Shown: piece by piece, positions 59,010 through 64,000 of the stretch
Numbering within the stretch: the stretch's first letter is position 1
Layout: each line of letters opens with the position of its first letter
Assembly (NCBI GenBank): GCA_963665665.1
Contig: OY762428.1
Span: 1,728,001 to 1,792,000, forward strand
Reading direction: 5' to 3'
Source of the DNA: Candidatus Kapaibacterium sp.
GTDB lineage: Bacteria; Bacteroidota; Ignavibacteria; Kapaibacteriales; UBA2268
DNA: 64,000 nt
The notes under the pieces: generated by a model
What the model was told of the DNA's origin: nothing
What the model saw: only the letters and a program-made list of their open reading frames with translations
The model's database searches: none
Program-made: the position numbers and the translations under genes

Positions 59010-59765
59010 TTACGGACTTTCTATCCTTACAGACTGCACTATCTGGTTCTGCCACATTGAATATAGCGTAGTTTTTATCTCTTCTTTCAATTTGTCATTA
59101 AGTTCCGGTTCATGTCGTTTTTGTACTTTGTATAAAGAATATTTATCAGCCTCCTGAATTGGTCCGACAATCTCACCTTCGTCGGCAGTAAATACTTTTC
59201 CTTCAATTTCCGGCGCAAGCATTCCCCTGCGTATATTACCGATATTTCCACCTGACATCTTCAGGCCCGGATCTTCGGAATACTTAGTGGAAAGCCCGGA
59301 AAAATCCTTGCCGTCGTCACGTGCTTCCATCAGCAGTTCCTCGGCCTCTCCTTTTTTTGAAACTAAAATCTTCAGCAGGTCCACGGTAAGGTAGAGCATT
59401 TTATTCTGAATAAAATACTGCTCAATTTTATCATCGCCAATGATTGTTTTTTTTACCTTGGTTTCAAGAAATTCAAATTCTATGCTATCTATCCACTGGT
59501 CAGAGGTAATTCCCATCTGGGAAAAATACTGCTGCGTTTCCTTCGCTGATATTAGTCCGAGTTTTTTTCGTTTATCATTAACGTAATTTTGCAACTCATC
59601 ATCACTAACTTCAATTTTCTGATGCTTGGCAAAATCCTGGATAGCCCTGATTCTGATCAGATCCTGAAGGGCCTGGCGAAACTTCCCCTGTGTTTTCAGC
59701 AGGATAAGTATGTCATTCTGGGTAACCTCAGCATCATTTACTTTAATAATTACATTGTTTTCCAT
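59010..59765 (-). CDS. Cytoplasmic SurA-N plus parvulin (PpiC-type) foldase of the kind linked to peptide maturation/export
   Basis: VSDDELQ...R..LGL.S..T...G.T.DQW, then ILV...AEEL...DFS.L...YSED...SGG.IG...VF...GEIVGPI; no signal peptide. Confidence 0.75.
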   Translation of the reverse strand: MENNVIIKVNDAEVTQNDILILLKTQGKFRQALQDLIRIRAIQDFAKHQKIEVSDDELQNYVNDKRKKLGLISAKETQQYFSQMGITSDQWIDSIEFEFLETKVKKTIIGDDKIEQYFIQNKMLYLTVDLLKILVSKKGEAEELLMEARDDGKDFSGLSTKYSEDPGLKMSGGNIGNIRRGMLAPEIEGKVFTADEGEIVGPIQEADKYSLYKVQKRHEPELNDKLKEEIKTTLYSMWQNQIVQSVRIESP

Positions 59766-59837
59766 ATTCGGAATCCTGTTTAAATAAAAAAAGCTGCCCC
59801 GAATTCTTTCCGGGACAGCCTGTAATTTAGTTTGGAT

Positions 59838-61124
59838 TTACAATGAAGCAGCATAGTTTTTAAATGCAGCTTCTTTCACCATGCTCATGAAAGCCTCATT
59901 TTCATTAAGGAATTTCATAATATCGTCAGCGCCGGTTTTCGCCTCATAGAATTTATTTATTGTTGCGCCTTTTTCGCACATATCAGCCCATGTATCTTCG
60001 CAAATTGCATGAGCATCAAGCCATGCGCCGGTTTCTGCAGCGTTGTGCAGTCCGTTCATTCTGCGCAGGTTGTCCGAAAAATCATTTATTTCTTTATCAG
60101 TTGCTTTAATACCTTCAGTACCGGCAGCATTGAAGAGTTTAGCATAAGTTACCATATCGTTCAGGGCAGCTGCAAATTCTTTTGAAGCCAGAACAGCTTT
60201 CACGATTTTCTCATCATTGAAAAGTTCAATACCGTCTTTGGCAAATTTGCGTTTCAAAAGCTCGGTAACTACCATGTACTCGAATTCATCCATGCTGAGC
60301 CCTGTGGAATTCAGCCATGTTTCGAAAGTAGCAACAGAGTGAAGTTTCATTATCCTGCGGAAATTATCTACAAATTCCTGGATTTCGTTTTCTTCAATGT
60401 CAATATTGTTTTTCTTTGCTTTTGCATGGATAATCTGGCCGAAGAGCATATCGGAAATCAGGCTGTTCAGCACGGGATACTTCTGTAATGCATTAGCAAT
60501 CTCATTCCTGAAGAATTCTTCCAGGTTTTCATCCTGAAGCTGATTAAGTACAATACCAGAATGTACATGTTTTTCCCAGTCGTCTTCATTCATACGTACA
60601 GCCGCAAGGAATGTCTGAAATTCTTCCAGGCTGTGCATACCCATAATCCTGCGAATATCGTCGGATGTTTCCTGAAGAATTTTGTCATCGGCTGCAATAC
60701 CTTTTGCTTTGGCCTTATTGATAATTTCATCAGTAATATGATTTCTAACTTCAGGAATACCTTTTACAAGTTTCCATGCATCAGCCATTACAACTGAATT
60801 ACCAATAGCAGCACGGGCTTTTTCCCTGAACAATTCATTTTCCAGGGTTTCTTCCCATTCGTCAAGAGTAATTCCCAGCGCTTCAAAGAAATTATTTGTT
60901 TCATTTGCATTGTGCAGCCCGAGTTCCAGCCGCCTGAGATCGGAATATGCCTGCAAAGTTTCGTCGCTTATCTGCAAACCGCCATGAACCGCGTGGTCCC
61001 TGATAACTTCGTTCATAACGACAGTTCTGCGAGCATTGTGGTAAGAGCCGTTCATTTTCATAAATGCCAAAACATCTTTTGCTGTGATTTTGGTTCCGGC
61101 TATGTCGCATAAAGTTTTGTCCAT
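59838..61124 (-). CDS. Protein of four tandem SurA-N-like helical repeats (putative cytoplasmic chaperone)
   Basis: Four copies of I/A.D..LQ..SD..RR..GLH....T..(W/F)L...(G)...D.(W/F)E. Confidence 0.7.
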   Translation of the reverse strand: MDKTLCDIAGTKITAKDVLAFMKMNGSYHNARRTVVMNEVIRDHAVHGGLQISDETLQAYSDLRRLELGLHNANETNNFFEALGITLDEWEETLENELFREKARAAIGNSVVMADAWKLVKGIPEVRNHITDEIINKAKAKGIAADDKILQETSDDIRRIMGMHSLEEFQTFLAAVRMNEDDWEKHVHSGIVLNQLQDENLEEFFRNEIANALQKYPVLNSLISDMLFGQIIHAKAKKNNIDIEENEIQEFVDNFRRIMKLHSVATFETWLNSTGLSMDEFEYMVVTELLKRKFAKDGIELFNDEKIVKAVLASKEFAAALNDMVTYAKLFNAAGTEGIKATDKEINDFSDNLRRMNGLHNAAETGAWLDAHAICEDTWADMCEKGATINKFYEAKTGADDIMKFLNENEAFMSMVKEAAFKNYAASL

Positions 61125-61304
61125 TGTCTCTCCGGGTGAATGTGTATAATGTATTTTCTACTTGGATAGCCATTTTTTGAATTTACATATAGTGAATATA
61201 AAAAAAAACTTTATATGATAAAAAAAATTTATTATCTTTTCCTAAGAAAAATTATACATTCAGAACCTATTCAAGATTTTTTCATCATATCAGGGATAAA
61301 AATT

Positions 61305-61772
61305 ATGGCAAAGATTAAAATCAATGACCTGGAACAAAATTCCGAACTTGATGCCAAAGCAATGAAATCAGTAGTTGGCGCAGGCCTTATTGATCAAAGC
61401 AGCGGAATAAGCGGCAATACCGGACACAAAACCGGGGGCTCGGCAACAAACCAGGGCGACCAGACAGGTGGTGCCGGCGGAGCAGGCGGAAGCTCATTTG
61501 GTATTAATGATACAGATAACTTCGGAGGCCACGGCGGAGGTGCAAGCCAATATACCGGAGGCGGCCATCACGACTGGTGGGGCTGGGGTTGGGGCGGCGG
61601 TGGCTCTATTACCGGTTCGAACGCTACCGGCGGAGCAGGCGGCGGTGTAACAAGCATTGGCGCAGTTGGCGGAGCAGGTGGTGCAGGCGGTGCTGCAGTA
61701 GGAGCAATGGGTGGCGCTGTTTCTGATAATGTATCAACATCCATCTCAATGCCCGTTACCATGAATATTTAA
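61305..61772 (+). CDS. Glycine-rich precursor with double-glycine-type leader peptide
   Basis: MAKIKINDLEQNSELDAKAMKSVVGA leader followed by GGAGGAGG repeats and HHDWWGWGW; AGGGA RBS; own terminator. Confidence 0.7.
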   Translation: MAKIKINDLEQNSELDAKAMKSVVGAGLIDQSSGISGNTGHKTGGSATNQGDQTGGAGGAGGSSFGINDTDNFGGHGGGASQYTGGGHHDWWGWGWGGGGSITGSNATGGAGGGVTSIGAVGGAGGAGGAAVGAMGGAVSDNVSTSISMPVTMNI

Positions 61773-61792
61773 TTAATCCGGTTATTGGAACT

Positions 61793-61824
61793 AAAAAAGG
61801 CAGGATTTTCATCCTGCCTTTTTT
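61793..61824. terminator. Bidirectional intrinsic terminator
   Basis: AAAAAAGGCAGGAT-TTTC-ATCCTGCCTTTTTT. Confidence 0.8.
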
Positions 61825-61827
61825 AAT

Positions 61828-63771
61828 TTATTTTTTCTTTTTACCGCCCTGTTTCGGAGATGATTTTTTTACATCTTTTTTCTTGGGTGGAATATATCCT
61901 TTTCTTTCAGTTCCGCCCGAACCGGCCTTCTTGCCCGGAACAGTCTTGCCCTGGGAAGCAGCTACTTCCTGTGCCTCGCGGAGTTTTTTCTGGAACCAGC
62001 CTTCCTTCTTAGGTGCTTTTTTAAGATCATCCAGGGTAAGCTGATTTTTTGAAAACTTATTAATATAAACCTGCTGAATAATACCTACCAGGTTGAACAT
62101 GAAATAATAAAGGTTCAAACCTGACGGGAAGCTTGAGAAAAGAAGGGTGAACATGACAGGCATCATGTAAACCATTGCTTTCTGCCTCGGGTCGGTTATT
62201 GTCAGTTTCTGCTGGATAAACATTGTTACGCCCATGGCAAGGGCCAGCCCGCTGAACTGGTCGATATTAAAAAGCGGTATCCTGAACGGCAACGAAACAA
62301 GTACATCCGGTACCGAAAGGTCATTAATCCACCAGATAAATTCCGTCTGCCTGAGATCAATGGCCGAGCGGAGGATTGACCATAGCGAATACAGGATTGG
62401 CATCTGCAGCAATAACGGCAGGCAGCCGCCGGCGGGGTTTACTCCGTACTCGGAATAAAGTTTCATAGTAGCCTGCTGCTGTTTTGTGTTGTCGTCCTTG
62501 TATTTCTCCCTCAATTTCTCCATTTCCGGCTGGAGAAGCTTCATTTTGTTGGCGCTTCTCATCTGTTGGATGGATAGGGGATAGAGAAGAATTTTTATCA
62601 GAATAGAGAACAGAATTATTGCCACGCCGTAATTGGGTACAAAATCATGTATGAACTGAAGGATCGGCAGCATGAAGAACTCGCCTATTGGCCTTACCAG
62701 CCATTTCCAGCCCATATCAATAGTTTCACTCAACCCGTATTCCGAAAGAATATCATATTCCATCGGGCCGATATAAACCATAAATTTATTGGTGCTGGAA
62801 GCATTCCTGTAAGGAATTCTGTAGGACATATTGTATTTTTCTACAAGGCCTTCGTTTCTAACTGCTTTTTGCCTGCCACTCAAATCGATAGTGCCATCAA
62901 AATCTCCCTGTGGCCGGGGCATAATAGCAGCAACAAAATACTTCAGCTTTATGGCAGTATAATCCACGATGCCTGTAGGTGAAATACGCTGCTCTTCGGA
63001 TTCATCGGCGTTCAGGTATTCAATTTCCCCGTTCATCGAGGCCATGGCTTCTGCGGAATTGGATTCATCAACAGAATTCTTTTCCTGGTAGCTCAGGCCG
63101 TCGGACCATATAAAATTGTAACCGCGTTCAGGTATAAAAGACTGCATATTCTGAAGGCTGATATCCGTATTTATATGATATTTATCGGCGTAAATAACAA
63201 AAGTTTTATTGATATACTTATCAGGAGCAACATTCAGCCGTGCATTAAGCAGAATGGAGTCTTTACCTGATATTTGATAATAATCTTTATCAAGATTAAA
63301 ATCGAAGAACAGGTCGCGGGAATCAATTTTCTTGCCTTCATAAGTAAGGAATTCAAGGAAAAGTTCACCTTTCTTATCAGAGATAAGCTGTGTTGGTTTC
63401 TTATCCCATTTTTTATAATTTTTCAATTCCCATTTTACCAGGTCGCCACCCATTGTAGAGAACTTTGCAGTAACAAGGTCAGTTTCAATAGTAATAACTT
63501 TCCTGTTACCATTGGCAAATGGTGCAAAAGTTTTTCCGAATTTGAGCTCATTGACGTTACTTGCGTTTGCTGAAGTTGCAGAATCGCTAAGGATATCGTC
63601 AGCTGAATCAGCAGAAGCAGTGTCGGTCTGTGCTTTTTGCTCAACAAGTGTTGAATCATTAATATTTTGATTTTTTTCGGGCAGGTCCGGCGCTGTCATC
63701 TGATTATAAATGAGCCATGCCGCAACTATCAGCGTAATTAGCAGAATTGCCAGTAAATTATTTCTGTCCAT
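61828..63771 (-). CDS. yidC: Membrane protein insertase YidC
   Basis: [48 protein letters not shown]. Confidence 0.95.
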   Translation of the reverse strand: MDRNNLLAILLITLIVAAWLIYNQMTAPDLPEKNQNINDSTLVEQKAQTDTASADSADDILSDSATSANASNVNELKFGKTFAPFANGNRKVITIETDLVTAKFSTMGGDLVKWELKNYKKWDKKPTQLISDKKGELFLEFLTYEGKKIDSRDLFFDFNLDKDYYQISGKDSILLNARLNVAPDKYINKTFVIYADKYHINTDISLQNMQSFIPERGYNFIWSDGLSYQEKNSVDESNSAEAMASMNGEIEYLNADESEEQRISPTGIVDYTAIKLKYFVAAIMPRPQGDFDGTIDLSGRQKAVRNEGLVEKYNMSYRIPYRNASSTNKFMVYIGPMEYDILSEYGLSETIDMGWKWLVRPIGEFFMLPILQFIHDFVPNYGVAIILFSILIKILLYPLSIQQMRSANKMKLLQPEMEKLREKYKDDNTKQQQATMKLYSEYGVNPAGGCLPLLLQMPILYSLWSILRSAIDLRQTEFIWWINDLSVPDVLVSLPFRIPLFNIDQFSGLALAMGVTMFIQQKLTITDPRQKAMVYMMPVMFTLLFSSFPSGLNLYYFMFNLVGIIQQVYINKFSKNQLTLDDLKKAPKKEGWFQKKLREAQEVAASQGKTVPGKKAGSGGTERKGYIPPKKKDVKKSSPKQGGKKKK

Positions 63772-64000
63772 GCCGCTTTAATTTTTTAATTATGAAATTA
63801 TTATTGTCATTATCCGGTTCCGGTACCGGATCAAAACCACCCGGGTGCAGGGGATTACACTTCACGATTCTTTTGGCTGCCAATAACGAACCTTTGGCTG
63901 CCCCGTGTTTTTCAATAGCTTCGTAAGCATAGTGTGAACATGTGGGATAAAATCGGCAGGAATCGGGAAACATTGGCGAAACTCCAACCTGATAAAGCCT
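63758..64000 (-). CDS. yidD: Membrane protein insertion efficiency factor YidD (start lies outside the window)
   Basis: [34 protein letters not shown]. Confidence 0.9.
   Translation of the reverse strand, partial: RLYQVGVSPMFPDSCRFYPTCSHYAYEAIEKHGAAKGSLLAAKRIVKCNPLHPGGFDPVPEPDNDNNNFIIKKLKRHGQK

Overview
Bacterial chromosomal window. Many Sec/T9SS-type secreted proteins suggest a Bacteroidota/Chlorobiota-related (Ignavibacteria/Kapabacteria-like) host; this is inference. The housekeeping backbone comprises a class II photolyase, hemA, a CoA-disulfide reductase-rhodanese, mreBCD, mscS and yidC/yidD. An orphan phage terminase large subunit precedes a long co-oriented accessory array. A 19-kb block bounded by three near-identical IS3-family copies (12515-31553) splits a small gene and has a 3-bp TAC target duplication. 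It holds a captured iteron/Rep_3 plasmid remnant (T4CP, Replic_Relax relaxase, CHC2 primase, DUF6876, hairpin promoters) plus secreted-protein cargo. A REP-rich region contains a 1.4-kb tandem duplication with 21-nt periodic arrays. The strongest novel-system candidate is at 59010-61772: a Gly-rich precursor with a double-glycine-type leader, divergently paired with a four-repeat SurA-like chaperone and a degenerate parvulin. No rRNA, tRNA or CRISPR array was recognised. All family calls are by motif recognition, not database search.
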